Of a stretch of 64,000 nucleotides of DNA, positions 55,598-63,904 are shown in pieces. This stretch comes from a virus: IMG/VR virus record IMGVR_UViG_3300031456_000001, positions 21,080 to 85,079 of that record, one strand, 5' to 3'. Below the pieces are notes generated by a model. The model did not search any database. It saw nothing but the letters and a program-made list of their open reading frames with translations, and was not told the origin of the DNA. Within the stretch, counting starts at the first letter, position 1. Each line of letters opens with the position of its first letter. The position numbers and the translations under genes were made by a program.

Positions 55598-58500
55598 TTT
55601 CCCAGGCTGGCCAGCCTGGCGACCGCGGCGACCGCGGCGGTGGCGCGGGCCGCGCGCTGCGGCCGCCCCTCCAACCTCCTGAGGCCGTCGAAGGTCCGTA
55701 GGCGCTGCTCGGCGGTGAACTTGGCCCAATCCTCGGCAGTCACCCGCTCGGCGCCGTTGAGTAGCCCGAACGGGCTGGAGTCGGTGCCGCGGGACGCGGC
55801 GATGAGGTCCACCCCGGCGCGGCTGACGCCGAGCCTGTCGGCCGTGTGGCGTTCGGCGGTGTTGTGGATGCCCTTGCGGATCTCGTCGAGGGGGGTGCGG
55901 GTCGGTGCGAGCATGCCGAGGTGCGCGGCGACCTTGCGCAGTTCGGGTGCATTCATGTCGGCGGCGAGCCGGTCGGCCTCGTCGGGGGTGACGGTGCGCA
56001 GCTTCGCCACGAACTCTTCCGGGGTGGCCTTCGGTGCCGCGCTGTGCACCTGCGGTCCGGCGGCTTGCTCGGCGCCGACCTTGCGCAGGATCTTCTCGTT
56101 AGGTCGGGTGGCGTGCATGACGCCCCGGCCGCCGGTCGGCGTGGTGTAGGCGACCTTGACGTTTTTGACGCCGACCTCCGTGACGATGCCCCGCCGATAG
56201 CGGCTGAACGTGTCGACCATGACCACGTCGCCGGCTTTGACCGGCTGGTCGGGTGCGGCGGCGAAGCCGAGCTGCCGGGCGTCGTCGTCGCCCCCGGCGA
56301 CGGCCATCAGCTTCAGGGCCTCCTGGTAGGTGACGTCCCGGCCGAGCTTGGAGGTTTCGTGCCGGGCGGCGATCTCGATCTTGGCGGTGGCGCCGGTGCG
56401 GCCGCCGCCTTTCGGGGTGGGTGCGGTGTCGGCGACGTGCCGGAGACCTTCGCCGGTGATGTAGCTGCCGTTGACCCGCTCGCCGTCCTGGGTGGCCTCG
56501 GCCAGGTAGTTGCCCCGGATCAGCTCGCCGGTGATGTGGCCGGACTCGTAGGGGTTTTTGGTGCCCAGCTCCTTGGCGATGGCGTTGGCGTCCCTGGACC
56601 ATTTGATGGCGGCGTTGACCTCGGTCTTGTCGGGGTCATCGACGGTGTATCCGGGCTGGGGACCGAGGCGTTCGTGGATGACGGCGGCGGTGCGGAGCAG
56701 GCTGTCACGGCCGTGGGACAGCTCGGAGCGGGGCCGGGTGTCGCCGCCGGGCTTCTTCGTCACGTTCGCCTCCGTGGCGGAGGTCGGTGCGACTCGGTCG
56801 GCCTTGATGTGGGTGGTGACCGTGCTGGCACCCTTCCCGGCGGTCCCGTCGGCGCGCAGCTTGGTGCCGCGCACCATGACGTTGCCGTTGCGGTCCGGTT
56901 CGCCCAGCACTTCGACGTCGGCCAGCTGGTAGGGCTGCTTGTACGTCAGGTCGGCCCCGGCCGGGACCGTGATGGTCGAGCCGTTCTGGATGCGGTTCAC
57001 GTTCGCCTCCGTGGTGGGTGCGTTGCTCACCCCACCAGTATGCGAACTGTCACGCCGTGTGTCAAGTTGGCCGCGGCGTTCCGTCTCCAGCTTCGCCAGG
57101 CTCGCCTCGTGGCGCGCCCGGATGCCCGGCGTCAGGTCCGGCTTCGCGAGCGCGTCGCGGTGCTGCCGGATCTCCCGGTCGAGGGCCTCGCGGTCCAGTT
57201 CGGCGACCGTCTTGTTGCGGCCCTCGTAGCGATGGAACATGCGTCCGCTGATGCGGCGCGCATCGAGGCTGCCGCCGGTGCTGGCCGCCGTCTCGCCGTT
57301 GGTGAGGACGTCGGCGGCGTGGGCGATGGTGTCGGCCCAGCCCTCCAGGCGCGTCTCGCCGCTACCGTTCTCCGAGTGCACGGCATAGACCTGCTCGCCG
57401 TCGCGTACGGTCGAGGTGACCCACCCGGCGGTCTGGCCGTTGCGGTCGGTGACCTTGAACTCTCCGAACGGGTTGTCGGGGGTGTGCCGGATGCGGCCCA
57501 CCTTGAGGTCGGACCGCTGCCCGGACGGCCCGGCCATGATCTTGCGGTACAGGTCGGCGTGGTCCATCCGGCCGTCGGCGATGGCCCGGATCTTGGCGCC
57601 ATTGTCCTTCGGGTCCTTCGACTCCTGCAGGTCACTGACACGCTTCTCGGTGGCTGCGGTGCGGGCCTTGGCCAGGTTGGCGGTGCGCTTCTCCGCGGTG
57701 GCCGCACTGACCACCGGTGGGGCAGCGCCACTCCCCCGCTGCCTGCTGTTGATCCGGGCTCGCATGGCGTCCCAGCCGACGCCGTTGATCGTGAAGTCGG
57801 GGTTGCGGGTCTCGCCCCGGTCGACAGCGGCGAGCGCATCCGCGTACCGCCCGTCCTTCATTGCCAGGCGCGCCTGCTCGGCCACGTCGGCAGAGGCAGC
57901 CTTGCGGGCGGCCTCCTTCGCCCTACCGCCGTCTTTCGGCCCGTCGAGTACCCGGGGGTTGGCGTCGATGTGGGCGCGCACCGCGTCTTGGACGGTACTG
58001 GTGCCGTACTTCTTCTCCAGGGCCTGCAGGTGCCCTTCCGTGACGTACCGGGCGGTGTCGTCACGGCTGAGGTTGAGTGCGCCGCCGTGGTTGGCTGCGG
58101 CGTAGTCCTCGGTGGCCGCCTGGATGCGCGCCCGGTCGAGGGGCGCGATGGCGTCGCCCTTGCCCGGGGCGGCGGCGAGCGCGCCGCGCTTCGCGGCCGG
58201 GTTGATCCGGGTGCGGACGGGAGCGGCGGGCGCCTTCGCAGCCTCCGGCTTGACGACGTCGTGCGGCTGGATCCGGGTCTCGATCGTCCGGCCGTTCTGA
58301 TCGACCCGGCTCACGTGCAGCGTCTCACCCGGTCCGGCGTCGCGGGTCACCGTGTACTCGCGCGGCTTCGCGCCGGGCGGCAGGGCGAAGGTGGACAGCA
58401 CCTTGTCGCCCTTCTTGTGGCCGACCTCCCCGGCGAACACCTCCTCGTGCAGGGCGTGCATGTCGGCGGCGATCTTGGCCAGACCGGACGGCCCGGATGC

Positions 58501-59403
58501 CGGCGCGGGCACCTTGGCGGGCTTGGCCGACTCGCCGCGCAGCCGGGCGGCGGCCCGCTCCGCGAGCGCGTTGCCGTCGCGACGCCCCAAGATGGTCAGC
58601 TCGGTCGCCTGCTCTTCGCTGATGCCGCCGCCGGAGCGCACCTCGAAGTCGTAGTTCTTTGCGCCGGGGTCTCCGTCACCGGCCGCTGCGCGGACCGCGT
58701 TCCAGACGGCGACCTTCTCGGCCACCTTCGCATCGGCCTTGTCGGCACCCTCCGTGGTGGCCATGCTCGGCAGACTGTCGTGCAGCTTCTGCACTTCGCT
58801 GCGGGTGCGCGGGGTAAGGTCGGTGCGGGCCAGCTCGCCGCGCAGTACCTCGCCACCACGGCGATTGTTCTCAGCGGCAGCCCGCACCCGGGCGGCATTT
58901 TTCGCATCGAAGATGATCGACTCGGCAAGGGCGCGCTGGCCGTCCGGCAGTTTCTTAACAGCGGTGTCGCCGGGGATGCCGTTGGCCTTCTTCAACGCCT
59001 TGACGTGGGCTTTCGCAGCCTCTTCGACATCGATCCGACCCAGCGCCTGCGCCGCCGCGCTGGCCCGCTTCCGGTGGGCGAGGAAGTCGTCTTTCAGGGC
59101 CTGGTTCTCGTCCCGGAACACCTGGACCTTGCGGGCGGCGGCATCGATACGCCACGTCTCCCAGGCGGGAGTGTTCTCGAACTCTTTGAGCGCCTGCCGC
59201 CATTCCTTCTTGCGTTCGACGTCGAGCAGGTTGGTACCGCCGTAGCCGTTGATCTCGTAGTCGACACCCTGGGCGAACTGGGTTTTACGGTCGCCGCTCC
59301 AGCGGTTCGGGTCGCTCATGTCGACGCCGATAACGGCGCGGCCTTCGCTGGCCTGCGTAGTGCGCTTCGTCTCGACCGGTATCCGGCCGCGCATGGGGGG
59401 CAT
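55591..59403 (-). CDS. Large mosaic protein, segment B (putative internal virion / polyvalent protein)
   Basis: 1270-aa ORF between portal and scaffold; the frame is open upstream to the slippery site at 59469. Confidence 0.8.
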   Translation of the reverse strand: MPPMRGRIPVETKRTTQASEGRAVIGVDMSDPNRWSGDRKTQFAQGVDYEINGYGGTNLLDVERKKEWRQALKEFENTPAWETWRIDAAARKVQVFRDENQALKDDFLAHRKRASAAAQALGRIDVEEAAKAHVKALKKANGIPGDTAVKKLPDGQRALAESIIFDAKNAARVRAAAENNRRGGEVLRGELARTDLTPRTRSEVQKLHDSLPSMATTEGADKADAKVAEKVAVWNAVRAAAGDGDPGAKNYDFEVRSGGGISEEQATELTILGRRDGNALAERAAARLRGESAKPAKVPAPASGPSGLAKIAADMHALHEEVFAGEVGHKKGDKVLSTFALPPGAKPREYTVTRDAGPGETLHVSRVDQNGRTIETRIQPHDVVKPEAAKAPAAPVRTRINPAAKRGALAAAPGKGDAIAPLDRARIQAATEDYAAANHGGALNLSRDDTARYVTEGHLQALEKKYGTSTVQDAVRAHIDANPRVLDGPKDGGRAKEAARKAASADVAEQARLAMKDGRYADALAAVDRGETRNPDFTINGVGWDAMRARINSRQRGSGAAPPVVSAATAEKRTANLAKARTAATEKRVSDLQESKDPKDNGAKIRAIADGRMDHADLYRKIMAGPSGQRSDLKVGRIRHTPDNPFGEFKVTDRNGQTAGWVTSTVRDGEQVYAVHSENGSGETRLEGWADTIAHAADVLTNGETAASTGGSLDARRISGRMFHRYEGRNKTVAELDREALDREIRQHRDALAKPDLTPGIRARHEASLAKLETERRGQLDTRRDSSHTGGVSNAPTTEANVNRIQNGSTITVPAGADLTYKQPYQLADVEVLGEPDRNGNVMVRGTKLRADGTAGKGASTVTTHIKADRVAPTSATEANVTKKPGGDTRPRSELSHGRDSLLRTAAVIHERLGPQPGYTVDDPDKTEVNAAIKWSRDANAIAKELGTKNPYESGHITGELIRGNYLAEATQDGERVNGSYITGEGLRHVADTAPTPKGGGRTGATAKIEIAARHETSKLGRDVTYQEALKLMAVAGGDDDARQLGFAAAPDQPVKAGDVVMVDTFSRYRRGIVTEVGVKNVKVAYTTPTGGRGVMHATRPNEKILRKVGAEQAAGPQVHSAAPKATPEEFVAKLRTVTPDEADRLAADMNAPELRKVAAHLGMLAPTRTPLDEIRKGIHNTAERHTADRLGVSRAGVDLIAASRGTDSSPFGLLNGAERVTAEDWAKFTAEQRLRTFDGLRRLEGRPQRAARATAAVAAVARLASLGKA
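57037..57065 (-). promoter_or_regulatory. Intragenic promoter cassette
   Basis: TTGACA-CACGGCGTGACAGTTCG-CATACT, 6 nt, then in-frame GTG at 57030. Confidence 0.7.
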
Positions 59404-59409
59404 GCCACC

Positions 59410-59438
59410 AGCCTGACCGCTGTCACGCGACGTGTCAA
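59410..59438 (-). promoter_or_regulatory. Promoter cassette before the ATG at 59403
   Basis: TTGACA-CGTCGCGTGACAGCGGT-CAGGCT, 6 nt, then ATG. Confidence 0.7.
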
Positions 59439-59456
59439 CATGCCCGCCCTGCGGGC

Positions 59457-60782
59457 CTACGCTTTTGGGCCTGCCCCCTTCGCGAACTCGAACCGGTCCA
59501 GATTGCCGCTACGACCCTCGGCGCTGAGCTGCTCATGGCCGTGGATCTTCGTCAAGCCCGCCATCTTGCGGTCGTTGGCGATCAGCGCATCGATCAGCTC
59601 GGCCTTCGACTTGCCCTTCGTGGAGACGCTGCGGCGGCCGTATTTCTGCAGCCACTCCAGATCCTGGGCCTCGTAGTAGGACCGCATTCCGGCCTCGTCG
59701 AAGTTGGCGATCTCCGCCGCATATCCGATCTCCGGTGCCGGCGCCGTCTTCGCGACGGCCCGCTCCGCGGCGGCCGCGGCCACCGGGGACACCTGCGGCC
59801 TCGCCGGGCCGGTTTCGTCGCGCTGGCCGACACCCTTCGGGTTCAGCCGCATCTTGCGGGCCTCGTCTTTGGCCTTCAGTGCGTCGGCGATCTGCGCGTT
59901 GGACTTGCCCCGCCCGGAGATGCCGGCGATCCGGGCCAGCGCGAGCAGCGTGGTGCGGTCCATGTCGGGGTAAGCGGTAGCGCCGTTTTTGCTGTCGGGT
60001 ACGGCCTTGATGGCATCGACGACGGCACGGATGTCGACGCCGGGCTTGTCGAGGATGTCGGCGCCGAGCTGGCCGCCCTCGCCGGGCCTGGTGGCCAAGA
60101 GCGCGTCGCGGGGGTCGGTGTAGCCGGCCGAGGCGGCGGACCTGCGCGCGGCGACGGCTTTCGCGGCACCGCCGTAGCGGTTGGCGAAGTCGGCGTCGGA
60201 GACCTTCGGCACGTCCATCGACAGGGGCGCTTCGACGATGCCGCCGCGCTGTTCGGCGGCCATCTGGTCGGCCTTCTTCAACGCCCGGTCGGACAGGCTG
60301 GTGCGGGTCTTGCGGTCGAGCGGCACTGCCACGCCGCCCAGGCCACGCTGTTCGGCGATCCGGTCGGAGACCTGCTGCAGGGCGGGCTTCGGCTCCGCCT
60401 TCCGCGCAGCAACCGCCTTCGACGCCTTGCCGTAACGGCTCTCGATGTCCTTCTCGGACGTCTGCACGTCGAGGTTGACCGCTTTGGCGTTGATCGCCTC
60501 CTGCGCGTCCTGGGCCACCGTCCTGCGGGCACCCGGGGCAGCCTTCTTCGGCGCCGCCGCTTTCGTCGGCGGCGCGGCCTTCTTCGGCGCGCTGAACGAG
60601 CTGAACGGCTGCATACGCTCCTGGCGTTCACCGCCGTGCGTCATCGAGAAGCCCTTGACCCCGGCCTCCTGGGCGGCCTTGAACGCCCGCGCAGCCCACG
60701 CGGGGCTGCCCTTCTTCGCGAACCGACCGTCACTGGCCCGCGGGTGCTGCCACTCGCGGAAGATCCTCTTCGTCGCAGCCAT
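59457..60782 (-). CDS. HPR-motif protein, segment A (441 aa)
   Basis: GGAGAGG RBS; FREWQHPRASDGRF; PKKAAP repeats; ends at C CCA AAA GCG TAG. Confidence 0.8.
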   Translation of the reverse strand: MAATKRIFREWQHPRASDGRFAKKGSPAWAARAFKAAQEAGVKGFSMTHGGERQERMQPFSSFSAPKKAAPPTKAAAPKKAAPGARRTVAQDAQEAINAKAVNLDVQTSEKDIESRYGKASKAVAARKAEPKPALQQVSDRIAEQRGLGGVAVPLDRKTRTSLSDRALKKADQMAAEQRGGIVEAPLSMDVPKVSDADFANRYGGAAKAVAARRSAASAGYTDPRDALLATRPGEGGQLGADILDKPGVDIRAVVDAIKAVPDSKNGATAYPDMDRTTLLALARIAGISGRGKSNAQIADALKAKDEARKMRLNPKGVGQRDETGPARPQVSPVAAAAAERAVAKTAPAPEIGYAAEIANFDEAGMRSYYEAQDLEWLQKYGRRSVSTKGKSKAELIDALIANDRKMAGLTKIHGHEQLSAEGRSGNLDRFEFAKGAGPKA

Positions 60783-60783
60783 G

Positions 60784-61719
60784 TCAGCCTCTCCCCGCCC
60801 GGCGCGCCAGCTGCGCGCTCGCCTGATCCATCCAGCCCTCGACCTGCGTGCCACGCAGCGTACGACGCTTCGGCGCCCGCGCATTCTCCTGCCGGCCACG
60901 GGCCTGCACCCGCTTCATCGCCGCCACAAACACATTCGCCCGCTGCAGGCCCTCATCGTCATGGAGGTCGGCGCGGGCGCCGTACCCGAAGCGCCCCTCC
61001 TCCCAATCCCGCCGGATCATGACGGTCCGGCCCGCGGACGTCGCCGGCCGGACCCGTCGGTACACGCGCTCCGCGTCGTCCGGGCTCGTCCGATACTCGC
61101 CGCGGCGGAAGCCCAGAACGTGCTCTTTCTCCCGCTGCGACCGGCTCTTCGGCTTGCGCAGCTCGCTGATGCCGTGCCCCATGTCGTTCAGGTAGTTCGG
61201 CTCGTGCCGGCTGCCTGGCCGGGCCGGGTTGATCCACAGGCCGCCCGCGTCCGGGTGGGTCGACGGGCTCCAGTAGATGTGTTCACCGTTGATCCGGCCG
61301 GCGCCCTGCGGGTGCTCGCCGACCCGACGGTAACCGAGCCGTGCGGCCAGTGGTCGGTCGTCGGACACGTTCCGCCCGAGATATTCACCGTACTCGTTGT
61401 ATTTGCCGCCCTGGCCGTCGTGGTACATGACGCCGCTGTCGTGCTGCAGGCCGAGGTGGTTCCGGTATGTGTCGAACGCCCCCTCAAGGGCGTTCAGCTC
61501 ATCCTGCTCGGCGTCGGTGCGTTCCGTCCGCCCAGGCAGGCCGGGCACCTTCCACAACTCCAGAGCGCGGCGCGCCGCCTCGGCGTGCCCGGCCGGCGGC
61601 GGCTCACTGCGGCGTCGGGCGATGTCGACGGACACCCGTCCGACCCACGCGTCGACCCCGGCCCGGGTGAACTGGCCTTCACCGTCGCGGGGGTGCAGCT
61701 TCTCGTTCCAGTCACCCAC
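60784..61719 (-). CDS. HPR-motif protein (311 aa)
   Basis: WNEKLHPRDGEGQF at the N-terminus; directly after the portal gene. Confidence 0.75.
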   Translation of the reverse strand: MGDWNEKLHPRDGEGQFTRAGVDAWVGRVSVDIARRRSEPPPAGHAEAARRALELWKVPGLPGRTERTDAEQDELNALEGAFDTYRNHLGLQHDSGVMYHDGQGGKYNEYGEYLGRNVSDDRPLAARLGYRRVGEHPQGAGRINGEHIYWSPSTHPDAGGLWINPARPGSRHEPNYLNDMGHGISELRKPKSRSQREKEHVLGFRRGEYRTSPDDAERVYRRVRPATSAGRTVMIRRDWEEGRFGYGARADLHDDEGLQRANVFVAAMKRVQARGRQENARAPKRRTLRGTQVEGWMDQASAQLARRAGRG

Positions 61720-61720
61720 G

Positions 61721-63904
61721 TCAGCCGCCCTGCGCCGGCCCGGCGGCCTTCACGGACGCTTTGGCAGGTGCGGCCTTCTTCGCCACGGGCCGCTGACCAC
61801 GGGCAGGCGCGCTACCCTGGGCCTTGCGTGCCCGGGTGGTGCCGGTCGCCATTCCGCCGCCACGTCGGGCGCCCGACGTGGCACCACCGGACGGGAGACG
61901 ACCACCCGGGGCGCCAGGCCCGCCAGCACCGAGCATGCCGCCGGGCGGCAGCACCGGCGGCGGGTCGCGGAACTGCGGCGCCGGCAACGGGTCGACCTGG
62001 TCGGCCGGGTCGGTGTCGGTGGTGCCGTCGGCGAGGTTGCCGATGATCCGGGCCACGAACGCCTGCGTCACGTTGTCCGGCACGACACCCGCGGTGACGC
62101 CCGCGGCGAGCGCCTGCACGGCGGTGCCCAGCTGCACCAGCAGGGCGACGCGCTGCTCCAGGGACAGGCCCTCCTGGCGCTTCAGCCAGGCGTCGACCTG
62201 GTCGTCGGGGTAGCCCATCTCGTTGAGCAGCACCTCCGACGGGACGCCCATGTCGCCCTTCGCCTTGAGCACCTGCACGCCGGTGAGGTCGTTGACCGCG
62301 GCGACCGGCATCCACCGGACATCGACGGCGATACCCTCGATGGCGAGCATGCGCAACGCAAGCTCGTAGGCGTCCTGCCATTCCGGGTCGTAGCGGGCCT
62401 GCCGGTCTGCGACCTTGGCGTTGTAGGGGGCGTCGATGGCTCGGACGGCCTCCCCGGACGGGATGTCCCCGGAGGACTTCGTGAATTTGTACTGGGGCAC
62501 GTCGGTCAGTTCGGCCATGGACTTGATGAACCGGTCGAGCGGTGTCATGAACGTCGCCGGGTCGGCCGCCGAGTACTGGCCGGTCAGTTTGCCGTACAGC
62601 TTCCACACGCTGTTCGGGTCGGCGCGCAGCCCGGACGTGCCGCCCAGGTTCTCGGGGTCGTCGTCGTCGTCCTCGGGGTGATCGGGGTCGACGAGGTTCA
62701 TCAGCGGGTCGTCGACCTTCGGGTCGGCGATGATGTACCGCTGCGGGAAGCCCTGGTATTCGATCACCCCGGCGTACGACCAGATCAACTTGTTGATCAT
62801 GGTCTGTGGGCCGTAGGCCGAGGCGTGCTCGGGCAGGCCGCACGGCACGCCGTTGCGGAAGTGGAACCAGGTCAGCCCGAACGGGCTGGGCATGTCGTCC
62901 TTGTCGAGCGGCTCATCGACGTCGCCGAACTCGTCGGCCGCGACGTGGTCGATGTCCTCGGCGTCGGTGTCCTGCATCTGGTGGACGCGGACCCACGAGT
63001 CGGGCCGGGAGGCCAGGGCGCCCGGATTGGTGACCCAGCGTTCGACCCGGCCGGCGCCCTGGGTGATCTGCCCGTCGCCGTCGATGGTCAGCGGCCCCGG
63101 GTAGTACAGGTTGGCCCGGGTGACGACCTTGCGCTCCTGCTCGGGGGCGCCGTCCTCGGCGAACTCGCTCGGCGTCAGCCACGACTTGATCACGTAGGCG
63201 GGCCGGAGCGGGTCTTCGGGGTCGTACACGAAGGCGACGTCGTGGGCGTTGTTGACCCGGAAGTCGACGCTGACCACGGTGCCAGCGGCGTCGGTGACCG
63301 GCCACAGGAAGAGGAATGCCTCGCCGTGCCGGGAGGCGTTGTGGTGCAACGTCTTCTCCCACACGTCGAGCCGGTTGTTGCGGCGCAACATCTTGATCGT
63401 CTTCTCGGCGCGCTTGACCGTCTTCGGGTCGGCGCTGGCCTCGCCGTCCTCCTCTTCGTCCTCGGACGTAGTGGGGGCGACCTTGACCGCGGCGATCTGC
63501 AGCCGGTCGGCGACAGCATCGACGGGGATCTTGGCGTAGTTGAAGTCGTGGATGTCGTCTTCGTTGACGCCCTGCTTGGCGAGCACCTTGCGGACCGCGG
63601 ACGAGGCGTAGACCATGCCCAGGTCGCCGTCGTACATGGCATCGGCCTCGGTGGCTTTGGCCCGCTGCTCTTCGAGCACCTTCAGGCCATCGACAAGGTG
63701 CCGGCGGGACTGCTGGTCGCGCTTGGCGCTGTCGGGGTTGGCAAGGCGCTTGATGAAGGGGTCGTTGGCGAACTCGCTGGCGGCGTCGGCGCGCGGCGCG
63801 GTGGCCCCGTTGGCGGGGGTGCCGGCGGCCCGGGTGCCGGTGCCGCGGGGGCTGGTCGGGGCGGTGTTGCTGCGGGGGCGGCGGGGGTTCGCGGTCACGG
63901 TCAC
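61721..63904 (-). CDS. Portal protein (SPP1 gp6-like) with basic terminal extensions
   Basis: YDGD, NYAKIPVDAVADRL, EYQGFPQRYI, SGEA, VRW, LNEMGY. Confidence 0.88.
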   Translation of the reverse strand: MTVTANPRRPRSNTAPTSPRGTGTRAAGTPANGATAPRADAASEFANDPFIKRLANPDSAKRDQQSRRHLVDGLKVLEEQRAKATEADAMYDGDLGMVYASSAVRKVLAKQGVNEDDIHDFNYAKIPVDAVADRLQIAAVKVAPTTSEDEEEDGEASADPKTVKRAEKTIKMLRRNNRLDVWEKTLHHNASRHGEAFLFLWPVTDAAGTVVSVDFRVNNAHDVAFVYDPEDPLRPAYVIKSWLTPSEFAEDGAPEQERKVVTRANLYYPGPLTIDGDGQITQGAGRVERWVTNPGALASRPDSWVRVHQMQDTDAEDIDHVAADEFGDVDEPLDKDDMPSPFGLTWFHFRNGVPCGLPEHASAYGPQTMINKLIWSYAGVIEYQGFPQRYIIADPKVDDPLMNLVDPDHPEDDDDDPENLGGTSGLRADPNSVWKLYGKLTGQYSAADPATFMTPLDRFIKSMAELTDVPQYKFTKSSGDIPSGEAVRAIDAPYNAKVADRQARYDPEWQDAYELALRMLAIEGIAVDVRWMPVAAVNDLTGVQVLKAKGDMGVPSEVLLNEMGYPDDQVDAWLKRQEGLSLEQRVALLVQLGTAVQALAAGVTAGVVPDNVTQAFVARIIGNLADGTTDTDPADQVDPLPAPQFRDPPPVLPPGGMLGAGGPGAPGGRLPSGGATSGARRGGGMATGTTRARKAQGSAPARGQRPVAKKAAPAKASVKAAGPAQGG

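Noticed and set aside
7865-59438. Cassette repeats as integron attC-like or att sites
   Set aside because: No recombinase in the window; -35/-10 geometry explains the motif better
55846-59676. 1276-aa plus-strand ORF, and other long antisense ORFs such as 46530-49901 and 19993-22080
   Set aside because: Shadow frames of high-GC genes on the opposite strand; no RBS or domain motifs
60780-60790. Third frameshift or readthrough linking the 311-aa HPR gene to segment A
   Set aside because: No slippery heptamer or conserved hairpin; segment A has its own RBS and ATG
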